The notes under the pieces: model-generated
What the model saw: the letters and a program-made list of their open reading frames with translations, nothing else
Told to the model about the DNA's origin: nothing
Databases searched by the model: none
Source: Entomortierella parvispora E1425
Lineage: Eukaryota > Fungi > Mortierellomycota
Reading direction: 5' to 3'
Length of the DNA stretch: 64,000 nucleotides
Assembly: GCA_020891255.1 (NCBI GenBank)
Contig: BQFW01000008.1
Span: forward strand, 1,612,001 to 1,676,000
Position numbers and translations under genes: made by a program
Part shown: piece by piece, positions 10,631 through 20,368 of the stretch
Layout of the letters: every line of letters begins with the position of its first letter
Numbering within the stretch: position 1 is the stretch's first letter

Positions 10631-13600
10631 ATGGATTCATATACAGTACCACTGCCAACCATGAATTCAGACGATGACTCGGACTCGGCGGGAGATGGAG
10701 TCTATGTATGCTGCTTTTGCCGATGACATCAACATACCACAGCTTCGAAACTTGTCTAATTGTCCAGTTATCAACTTTGATCCCCGCCTCTCAGATCCCC
10801 GCCCCTCAGATCCTCAACTCTCAGAGCGATGCCCTTCTCAGTGATAGCTTTGGTCCCAAAGTAAGTGATCTCTGCTGTCCCGTGGTACCTGTGATTACTT
10901 CAGCTGGTTATTGAAGACAACGCTTCATTTCTCGTTGTTTCAAGACACTGAATTTAGATATCGGTGATGCTCGTGGCGCTGAACCACCAGACGCCTTGGA
11001 GTCAATCGTCGGCGCCTTTTCCAAGATAGAAGAACTATTATTATCGGACTCACCCACTCTGCCTGATGATGACTGCGATGAAGACGAAGACCAACTAGTT
11101 GCAAAACAAGTATCACCTATAGACAGTCTGGAGGTAGGAGAACTATTGCTTTTTTTATGCTTTTTTTTCATATTGATGCTGATCTCATTTACAGGCGTTA
11201 GAACGGAGCCGCATGCTTGTTAAAGCACAACAACTTCGCGCGGCCTCTGAATCAACAAAAGGATATGTTTTTGCCGATCGATTCATTGAGGTTGCCGCCA
11301 AATCGCTGGGTATTGACCTTGATCATCGCATCACTGAGCGTTTAGGCTGGGCTGGCCAGGAGAGAGCACCTCAGCTTTGTTTTTTTGTCTTGAAGAAGGA
11401 CTTCGAGGAATGGAAGACAAGCCATGCGAATTTTCTTGGAGTTGAGTTCAGGACAGGGAGAGGACAATACACGTACCATGGCTCCAGCCGAACTACTCTT
11501 GGACATCATGGCAAAGACGTGTTCAAGTGTAACCGATCAGGACACCTGAAAAAGACGAAAACGACTGATGGTAATGATACGGCTATGATTGGCACTGAAC
11601 AGGCCGTGGTACGCAAACGTAACCGGAAGATCCTTAGGGAGACGATCAAGACAGGCTGCCTTTCAGAGATGAAGTGCATTTCTATGAGCAAGAAGCGCCT
11701 GGACGGGTCTTCTTTTAAGTGTTTTGAGATCATACACACCTTTGAGCACAACCATGCTCTGCCAGAGAGCGAGAACGATACAGGAACGAAATATCTGTCA
11801 GCAGAGTCGAGAGAAAAGATTAAGCGCCTTCTGCAACGGGGAGGGTTAGTCAAGGACGTCCTTCAGAGGATGCAGATGCATGCAAAGCGCTTCTCTGAGT
11901 TTGGAAAGAACAGGATATTCAGGGACGACATAATCACGTACCAGGATGTTTATAATATCGACCATCAGATGATGATAAAGGAGGTCGAGAGAGATAAAGA
12001 CCCTGACTTGTCAGCAACAATGTGGATCGAGGAACTTGCAAAAGATGGGTACTACACCTGTTACCAATCTGGACTCTACTATGGCTTCTCGTCGCCGTGG
12101 CAGTTGGAGCAGCTGAAGCTGAACGGGAAGATTTTCTGCTTTGATGGAACACATAACGTCTACGGGTAAGTCCTAACTGAATTTTCACTTGCTCTTTCGT
12201 TGCTTGGTCTCTCTTCGATGGACCATATCATAATTCTCTAGGAGACTATATCATTTTGTTAGGAATGACGCACAACTTTATACAATTGTTGTCAAGAGTC
12301 ATGAAGCAGGCTTTGGAATTCCAGTGGCCTTTCTTCTCACAAAGTCGACCGACCAGGAGATATTCAAGGCGTGGTTCAAGGGCTTGAAAAGCAGGATGTG
12401 GAACAATTTCCGATTTTCTTACGACCCTGACTATGTCATAACGGACCAAGGGAATGTTGAGATTTGCGCCATAAAGTCTGCCTTCCCACTGGCTAAGATT
12501 CATTTCTGCACCTGGCATGTTCTGCGCGCATGGGGTAAAAAAATTACCTTTGATTTGATGGGCATCAACAGAGCTACCACAACTTTTGCAGAACGCGCTG
12601 ATCTCCGTGAACAGGTATGAAACGCTCACAGATACCCTACGCAATCAATCATACGGGTCTGCTAAATTTTTTTTGCCCATTCTACATATAGGTACTGGTC
12701 TTGCTCAAGACAATGATGTATGAGCCACAGATGGATAGAGCATTGGCGCTGGTCGATAAATTCAGGACAAAGTATAGCGATCCGGACATTCCAAAGGACA
12801 AGAAGCAAACGGGCCTCATGGGTTACCTGGAAGACAATTATTTGAAGGATGGGAAGCCTGAACGATGGATGCTTTGTTATCGACAGGGTATCGGTGTTCC
12901 AGCAATTGACACCAACAATCATGTCGAATCATGGCACAACTCACTGAAAACACACTTTTTTAAGGACAGGCGGAAAAGGCGTCCTGACATGGTTATCTTT
13001 ATCATGACCAAGGCTGTGATACCGCACTATCAGCGTAAGCTTTACCATGGCTCTTTAAACATTGGTCGAATGCATGCGGTCCAAAGGGGTGAGATGGAAG
13101 CAAGGATCAGGGCAGAGACGTATATGGCAAAGGTACGAGCTTTGGGATACTCTGGTGATTTTGTTTTCGGTTCAGACGACCATTCAAAACTTCGGGTACG
13201 GTCGTTCCAGGATAACCTCCTCACTGATGCTGAGGATACGGCAATGTCCTTCTACAACATTACTCTTGATTTTGGCAAAGATGAACTACTTGGTGATATT
13301 GTTAGCTGCTCATGTCCTCAATTCCAGCGGACGCAAGGATGTTGTAAGCATATTGCGCTTGTGGTTAAAGACAAGAACGCTATCAAGTTCAAACGAGTAG
13401 CAGCAGCTTGGAATACAGCTTTGGAGACGCCTGTCAGAGACAATGAGATAGCCCCAACCAACATTGTGGTAAAAATAGCTTCAGCATCCAAAAACAAGAT
13501 CCGGCGGCATACAAATGGTATCTTGGCCGAATTAAGGGAGATACACTCAAAGACCCAGATATCAGATGAGGATAAGGACCTCTTAGACTCTATTCAGGCG

Positions 13601-13681
13601 CTATACAACAAAATTGGGTCTATGGGGGTTGCTGAGGATCAGAGCAGGAAGCGGAAAAGGCAGCAGCCTGCCAAGAAATAA
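10631..13681 (+). CDS. Mutator-family (MULE) DDE transposase with SWIM zinc finger (MULE-1)
   Basis: D1 FCFDGTHNVY, D2 VITDQGNVE, CxxH FCTWHVLRAW, E TNNHVESWHNSLK, SWIM CSCPQFQRTQGCCKH. Introns 12166-12262 and 12615-12691 join ORFs 11213, 12324 and 12701 in frame. The 5' exon structure (10631-10957) is uncertain. Confidence 0.9.
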
Positions 13682-14029
13682 AAGACGTTGCAATGAATTA
13701 TTTACAGCCGCTTTGTTGAGTGGAGAACCACTGCACAGTTGCCCTCGTCAGTCACATAGAGCGTCTTCAGTTGCTTACCTCTCATGATAAAAGAAAACTT
13801 GCCAGGCATGCCGATTGCTGGATAATAATTGTTGCGGATGCCCCAACACCAAAGCTGTTTGTTGGGATGGATTCGGGTAAGTCCAATTCTGAACGTTGGG
13901 GTATCCTTGTAGCCTTGCACCATCCTTTTCCACCAGGACCCGCGTCCGATTTGTTGCGCGTGTCCTATCTATCAACCGTGAAAAATAGGGGGCGACTATC
14001 GGCGCAAAGTCGACAGAGAAAAGGAAAAT

Positions 14030-14152
14030 GCCAAATGCCTTGCATTTGGCAAAGTGCATGAACCATCCTCGCGTTTCTTTTTCCATGCTCAAGTGCAGAA
14101 TCCACCAATGAAAGGACCTTTGAGGATGACGCCTTGCATTTGGCAAAGTGCA
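14030..14152. repeat. 22-bp direct repeat GCCTTGCATTTGGCAAAGTGCA (14037-14058, 14131-14152) with overlapping hairpin GCCAAATGC-ctt-GCATTTGGC (14030-14050)
   Basis: Read directly from the sequence. Confidence 0.85.
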
Positions 14153-14208
14153 AGCAGAGAGGAGCTCTGTCGTAGGCCGCGCCCATCTTTTTTTTCTTTC
14201 TGTGTTGA

Positions 14209-14217
14209 CAAGAATCC
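14209..14217 (+). repeat. left 9-bp target-site duplication CAAGAATCC of MULE-2
   Basis: An identical 9-mer sits at 23464-23472. Each copy directly abuts a TIR. Confidence 0.92.
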
Positions 14218-14341
14218 GGACTAGACTATTTGTCGGCCCGTCCGACAATTCTTATTTGTCGGCTCATTGCTCTTATTTGTCGGCTGCTCCCCCTTATTTG
14301 TCGGCTGCTCCCGTATATGTCGGTCGCTTTATTTAAGTTAA
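14218..14341 (+). repeat. left TIR of MULE-2 with internal TATTTGTCGG sub-repeats
   Basis: Starts GGACTAGACTATTTGTCGGCCCGTCCGACAA and ends TTAAGTTAA. It is the reverse complement of 23331-23463, with a 23-bp perfect match at positions 9-31. Confidence 0.92.
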
Positions 14342-15312
14342 ATTGAGCCCCACTTAACTACAAATATTCTAGAGAACAAAAGTTGAAAGTGTAGTTGGAT
14401 AGAAGTTGGAATCAAAAAGAGGTTGATGTTAAATAGCTGGACACGCGTACTGATCCAGTTACAAGGCCCTCAGAGAAGGGATCATCAGCTTTGGACGAAT
14501 ATGAAAAGACGTTTTCACTCTCGAACTAAGAAAAATCATGACAAGTACGGATGTGAGCGTGGCGAGATTTTGACAAGGTCATCGTATTTGCAGCTCTTTC
14601 GCTTGTTCATCATTTTAGCCAGTTGAAGCTCGGTTAGTACCAAAAAGAAGCATCTAAAAATGATGCAGTCTATCACTAAAAGAGACCTTTGGATTCTCAA
14701 TACGGTATCTCTTGTAGGGAAGGTGTCTTCCTCATCATCTTTGTTTTCTTTGAACTGCTAAACTGCATTCTAGACGTTTGGGATTTGGGAAGCGAATTCT
14801 CATTTTCAAAGTACGCGAAGGCTGTTGAAAGCCATGCCATTGTCCTTCACTAATATCATATCCATTGACTACTGCCGTAGTATCTGCAATTGACCCAGAA
14901 GGCACACTTGTATGATGAACAAGGTGCAAAACTACAGCCAAGGTTGTTTGGATCTGCCTCTAAGCCAACACTACCCTGGTGTAAAAGGGTGCAATGGGAG
15001 AAAGATAGGGGAAAGTTGTCTTTGTCACATACTTCTTTCCTACTATTTCTTCGCTGCTGCTTCTGCTACATGGACACTGGTTCCATACGAGCAGGCGAGA
15101 AAAACTTCAGGAAAACCCGGAAGAGAACCAAAAAAAAAAAACAGAAACCATCTATTTGCGAATATGACCACGCCAGGTTCGAACGACAAAGAGAGAGGGC
15201 TCGACCTCGACGAGAGCGCCTTCGGAGCGGCTAGCCCGTCTTTCCCTCCCTCATGGTCCAGGCACGGGGCGGCTCGGGGCCGCTGCACCACCAGGGCATC
15301 TTTTCGACTATA

Positions 15313-15322
15313 GTCACGTGAC
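15313..15322. promoter_or_regulatory. palindromic E-box GTCACGTGAC (bHLH/Cbf1-type), also TCACGTG at 5159, 7253 and 51285
   Basis: Each copy lies within a few hundred bp upstream of a predicted start codon. Function is inferred. Confidence 0.45.
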
Positions 15323-15389
15323 CACGCGATGCAGCCCTCCAACACAACAATTGGTTTTATTTTATTACGAATCCATCACTCACAACGAG

Positions 15390-16949
15390 ATGTCTCAAAA
15401 ACGAAATCCATCCCCACAACCTGCTTCTGCGACGCTCTCGAGAGAACAGACTGTCCATCTGAAGCACTACCGGAATATATTTGAGGATCCTGAAGATGTC
15501 GATTCACTCCAGTCCGGTAGGGTTCTTTCAGTGGAAGACAGCATTCGGGAAGGTAATTAATTGAGTCAATTGAGATTCCTTTGCTCTCCTGGCATTTCAC
15601 TGAACTACCCTTTTCCTCATTTAGCTGACCTCTCAACTGAAATGCCTGCCACTGGGTCAAAGAGGTACTGTGGACTAAAAGCCCTTCCCAGTGGTGGAAA
15701 CCAACGGAGGATATTCTTGGCCGTCCAATTCCTTGTTCAGCGACTCCAACAATTCTGTGCTAGTGCGCAGGATGAACTGAGAGGCATGAGTCTGACGAGA
15801 GGCGGCGAATTGTATACCCAGCTTTCTACAGAGCTAGAGCGTGCCGAGCCGAGTCTGAGAGGCGTTACAGCAGGTGCCCTATATTCGGCTGTTGGCAGAC
15901 TCTGTGCTGACTACAACGCCTATGAGAAATTAGCCACTTCCGCGACTGGGGTGGATCTCGCATTCTCAACTCGGTTGTTGGAGCTCTGTCGTCTTTTGCG
16001 CGATTACGACCGAACTTTATTAAGGATCAAGCAGGAAACATCGGAACTCACGGCGGAAGAGAGGGCGCGCGTGGCATCTCCCGCAACAGCAACCCGACAG
16101 AATCTTGTCACAGAGGATCGCAGACGGAGAATCAAGAAACTAAGATTTGATGATACTGTATCGCGCGGCAGTGAAGACGATGACAACGACGATGAGCCGG
16201 AAGACGAGGAAGAAGAGAATGAGGATGAGGATGGACATTCAGCGGGCGAACAATATGATAGCGAAACACGAAGCTCCAATAGGGCCGACGTCACGCATGT
16301 TCGAGCTGCCCCAGGCGATACGAAAAGTCATCGTGGAGTTGCTTTGCCCATTCATCAGCAGCAACAAGAGCTACTCTACCCTCCAGCTACGTTGTCAGCC
16401 ATGGTACCTTCGCCCAAACACCGCTCTGTGACACCACCTCGGAGCACAAAAACAACAAAGACAATGCGGATGCCTCGGGGATTTGCGAAGGAGCAAAGGA
16501 GAATAGCGGACGAAGTGCAGTCAATAAGACAGGTCGTAGCGATTGAGACTACCGCTAGAATTAAGGAACTTAGAAGGAACATGACAGACAACACAACCAT
16601 CATTGAAGATCTCGGCAGGAACACAGTATCCAAGATCGACGATTTGAATAGGAGTATCGACGATTTGAATAGGAATATCGACGATTTGAATAGGAATACC
16701 GTTGCTGTCATTTCAGTGCTGTCGGATTTGAGGTCAGAAATGCATGGAACGTTTCTCACATTCAGAAATGAAATCCGTGATTTACAGGATATTGTATGGA
16801 AATCTTACTCAAGGACTTCTGGCCTACCTCAGCCTCAGCCTCACTCGACCTCCATACAATGGCCTCCAATGCTGGCGCGCCCTCAGACAACATTTCAACC
16901 CAGTATATCTCTGGCCACAGCCGCAGCACCACGGCGACCAGAAAGCTAG
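15390..16949 (+). CDS. putative Harbinger/PIF ORF1-like accessory protein (helical/Myb-SANT-like N-terminus, acidic tract, coiled coil)
   Basis: ATG 15390 (MSQKRNPS...) with one probable intron into ORF 15561-16949. It lies tail-to-tail with a Harbinger nuclease and has 3x21-bp repeats (IDDLNRS/N, 16635-16697). The family call rests mainly on context. Confidence 0.6.
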
Positions 16950-16972
16950 CGACCATGCAGTGATACAATTTA

Positions 16973-18013
16973 TTACAATAAATCTTGACTTGGAAGGGAT
17001 TCTGGCATCCACTGGTGTTTTGGAGTAAGGTAATTTTCAAGAGTTGGCGGATCCATCCCGAAATACGAGGTGACGCTGTTCCCTCTACGAATGCAAGTGA
17101 GAATATTGGCGAACAGAGCAGACACGATGTAGTACTTAGTCTGTCTCATTTTCAGAATGTTACTATGGGCCAACCAGCTCCAGTTATTGTCAATGAAGTC
17201 AAATCCTTTGTCAGCACAAAGAAGGGGACGTCTCATGGATAAGTTGAAGCGGATCTCGGACTTGCTGAGGACTGGACCGCGATATGGACGACAAACTTGA
17301 AAGCAATCAGGATAATTCCCATCACCATAAATGACCATCGGAGCGCCAAGAGTGTTATGACAGTGGGCATTCAAAATGATTGGAAGACAAGACTTGGTCA
17401 AAGTGACCGTGTCAGCTTCTGCTCCCGGATGAGGACCGCTCAAATGGGCAATTATACCATCTGGACAGCAAACCGACTGATATTTCATTGAGTGCATCTG
17501 TTTCTGGGTAGAATATGTCAGGTTTGGCCTTTCCTTAGGTCGGCAGATCTCAATATGAGTCCAGGAAACAAATCCCCAGCAGTTTGTCAGCCTCCCTTTC
17601 ATAAACTGAACTCGCGCTGCTAAACCCTCCAGATATTCATCTCGTAGGCGGGTGTGGTCAAACTCCAAAAGATGCTTCCATTCGGAAAGGATGTACTCGT
17701 TAATGGTCTTGATTGCGTGCGACACAAAAGGAGAATCACGAGAAAAGAGAGCGGCCATATCCTTGATAAGATGAGGATAACTCAATCGAAAGCAAAGCAT
17801 GCATAGCGCCTGCAGTCTTGGAACGATCGCTCCATTTGACAACTTTAAGGTTATTGGAAGAGCCAAGGCATTGGCAACCTGGAGGAGCTCAGTCCAAGTG
17901 AACCGATACGTCTTTTCAGGGCAGAGAGCTAACCAGGGAGCATCAAAAGGGAGGTCGTAGGCCAATGCAACATGGCGGCTAAGCTCGGCAAAGAAAGGGT
18001 GATCCTCGTCCAT
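16973..18013 (-). CDS. Harbinger/PIF-type (DDE_Tnp_4/HARBI1-like) nuclease with substituted catalytic residues
   Basis: Recognisable motifs include LCMLCFRLSYP, CWGFVSWTHIEICRP (family IDGTH), YSTQKQMHSMKYQSVCCPDG, GDGNYP (D retained) and ADKGF (family VEWGF/IERAF). The ORF is uninterrupted for 346 aa. Confidence 0.85.
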   Translation of the reverse strand: MDEDHPFFAELSRHVALAYDLPFDAPWLALCPEKTYRFTWTELLQVANALALPITLKLSNGAIVPRLQALCMLCFRLSYPHLIKDMAALFSRDSPFVSHAIKTINEYILSEWKHLLEFDHTRLRDEYLEGLAARVQFMKGRLTNCWGFVSWTHIEICRPKERPNLTYSTQKQMHSMKYQSVCCPDGIIAHLSGPHPGAEADTVTLTKSCLPIILNAHCHNTLGAPMVIYGDGNYPDCFQVCRPYRGPVLSKSEIRFNLSMRRPLLCADKGFDFIDNNWSWLAHSNILKMRQTKYYIVSALFANILTCIRRGNSVTSYFGMDPPTLENYLTPKHQWMPESLPSQDLL

Positions 18014-18473
18014 CTACTGTCCAATAAAAAAAAGGAAGTTAGAGCAATTGAGAGTGAGTTCCACGGACAAGAGGTGTACTTAACTCACCTGAAGATTCAC
18101 AGTAATGGGGTTGATTGTAACTAAGTAAGGCAGGTGCAGATAATAGTAGTAGAAAAGACGAAAGTATGTGCCGTATTTATTGCTCAGCGGAATGTTTCTT
18201 TTTGGGCAAGAACTTGAACACGAGAAATAAATTCAAGAGTGAAGTGCGAAAGTAGGCACCTTCGACTCAAAAACGAGAAGAAGGTTCAGGGGCTCAGGGG
18301 TAATTTCTTGTGAGCACCGTGAGAATCGGCCAAAAATCAGTACTTGACGTTTTTTTTTGTGGCAGCCGTTACGCGTTTAAGGCACTAAAAGGCCTTGCGG
18401 CCAACTGAACCTCCACCACCACCTCTTATCTCCCTTAACCACCAAATACCCTTTTGCTTGGAAACCTCACCTC

Positions 18474-20293
18474 ATGTCGCTCCCTGAAAGCCATGTTAAC
18501 GGCTCGCTCGAGCTTCTCGACGACGCGGATCTTCTTGAATTCTGGTGGCAGAGACATCTCACGGGCTGGGAGTTAATCCATATGGAGTTCCCACCTGTCC
18601 TTACGAAAGTCACTCCCACGTTCTTCACCAACGAAGAGCGACTTGCGACCTACTTCGACGAGCTTCAAGTGACACTATCTGACCTGAGTATCAACAGGCC
18701 GATCCCTCACCCAGCATCAGTCGCGGCCGCGATAGAACTGATTAGTAACGATTCTCGACCGGGTGTCGTACTTATTGGCAAGGTGGGATTCGTCTCCTTT
18801 CCCGCCCTTCAGGCCATGAAGCAAATCCATGACCTAATGGATATGTCAGCTTTGCTTCGTGATATGTTGACTTGGTTAAATGGCCCTGTTAAGATCGGAG
18901 CGGAAGTCGTTCGGAAAATGAGGTCCATTCTTCTTCAGAGTCCCAACATTTTGGGGTGAGTTATACTGTACATCCATAATCCCTGGCCATGGCAGTTTGT
19001 TTTTAACACATCTAATCTGGCCGTTTTTATCCTTAGACACGGCTTTAAGGCTTACAATGGTACCGTCACCAGTATCACCGACCTCCTCCAGCTTAGGCAC
19101 GAAGAGTGGCTGTCGGGACAAGTCATTGACGCGGTTATGAAAGAGTTTGCAGCTCAAACCAGCGGCGATGATATCTTCGTTCCTTCGACAGCCCTTCGTA
19201 TTAATCTGAATGTCCATGAGCGGGAGCAACAAAAGAAGCAGTGGGACTACATCAAGACCGCCATCCTTCATTGCGCCATTGCCGAAAGGAAGGCATTTGC
19301 GATTGTCAACATTGGACGCCATTGGGCTCCTGTGGTCATCGACTTTGCCGCCAAACGAACGTCCTTCGGCCACTCGCTGGATGGGGGACAATCGGATAAA
19401 TTAGGTGAGGAGGTTGGTCGCACCATTGCCAGGATGTTGAAACATTGCATGGTGCCAGAATATACGGCATTCAAGAAAGTCCATGAATTGGAGGTACCCC
19501 AACAAGGCATCGATGGAGGCTCCTGTGGTGTCATTGCTCTTAATGTTATTGAGAGCGAGTGCCGGCCATTTCATCTCATAAAAGCCTGGACGGTGGCCAC
19601 TAGCAAGAACCATCGGCTGTGGTATATGTATGTTCTGACCGGACAAGACTGGACGAACAAAGTACGTATATGTTGCCGTTGATCACTTTCTACTGAGTCC
19701 AATTACTTACATACTGTCCAATTGTCCTTGCAGGGCGTGTCTTCCTTGTTTATCGAGGACCCCACCCCTCCAGACCAGTCTCAACAGTCACCTTTTATCA
19801 TCAGAAAATCTCACGGAATAACTCAGGTGACTCACAATACCGCCATAAAAAGGCGCGATGAAAGAGTTGCCGACAGAGTTGTCAATATCGCTTCCGATAT
19901 CCCGGTTGTTCAAGGGAAGGGCGGGGATCATGACATCCCTGTTATTGAAGAGAAGGAGAAGGAGAAAAGAGAGGGAACCCCTGACATCCTTGATGCTCAG
20001 GATGGGGAAGACCTTTATATCTACTACGACCGATATCTCCTCAGCGATAATCGCTTTCATTGTCCATCGGAGGATTATGATGACGACCTTGATGACAACG
20101 ACCATGATTACGACGATCGGGATCTTGAGGGCAATCTCTATTCCAACTATGAAAGCCCGTGTGGAGGGAGGCTGATGCTCGTGAAGATGAGCGCGAACCC
20201 TGGTATGAAGAAGAATCCGATTGTGAGGACCACCAGGACTCCAAGAATTTCCAGGATACAGAACATGAAAGGGTTTTCGTTCCTATCGAGAAG
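18474..20293 (+). CDS. Ulp1/C48 SUMO-protease-like region of MULE-2, probably spliced onto the transposase
   Basis: Motifs LRHEEWLSGQVIDAVM, NIGRHWAPVVID, FGHSL (family YDSL) and PQQGIDGGSCGV. Introns 18956-19036 and 19662-19733 are in frame. A frameshift lies near 20153-20175. Confidence 0.8.
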
Positions 20294-20304
20294 GTTCGTT
20301 GCAC

Positions 20305-20337
<33 letters not shown>

Positions 20338-20368
20338 GCTGTGTCTGATGTTGTTCTGCCATTTCTAG

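Noticed and set aside
15300-18300. Autonomous nested Harbinger transposon
   Set aside because: I found no TIRs or TTA/TAA TSD by eye and the catalytic triad is substituted, so it is kept only as cargo.
20305-20332. Long poly-A runs (also ~23080, ~24120, ~55960) as retro-insertion tails
   Set aside because: They lie in introns or intergenic DNA without TSDs or RT sequence. The poly-Lys ORF ends they create are artefacts.
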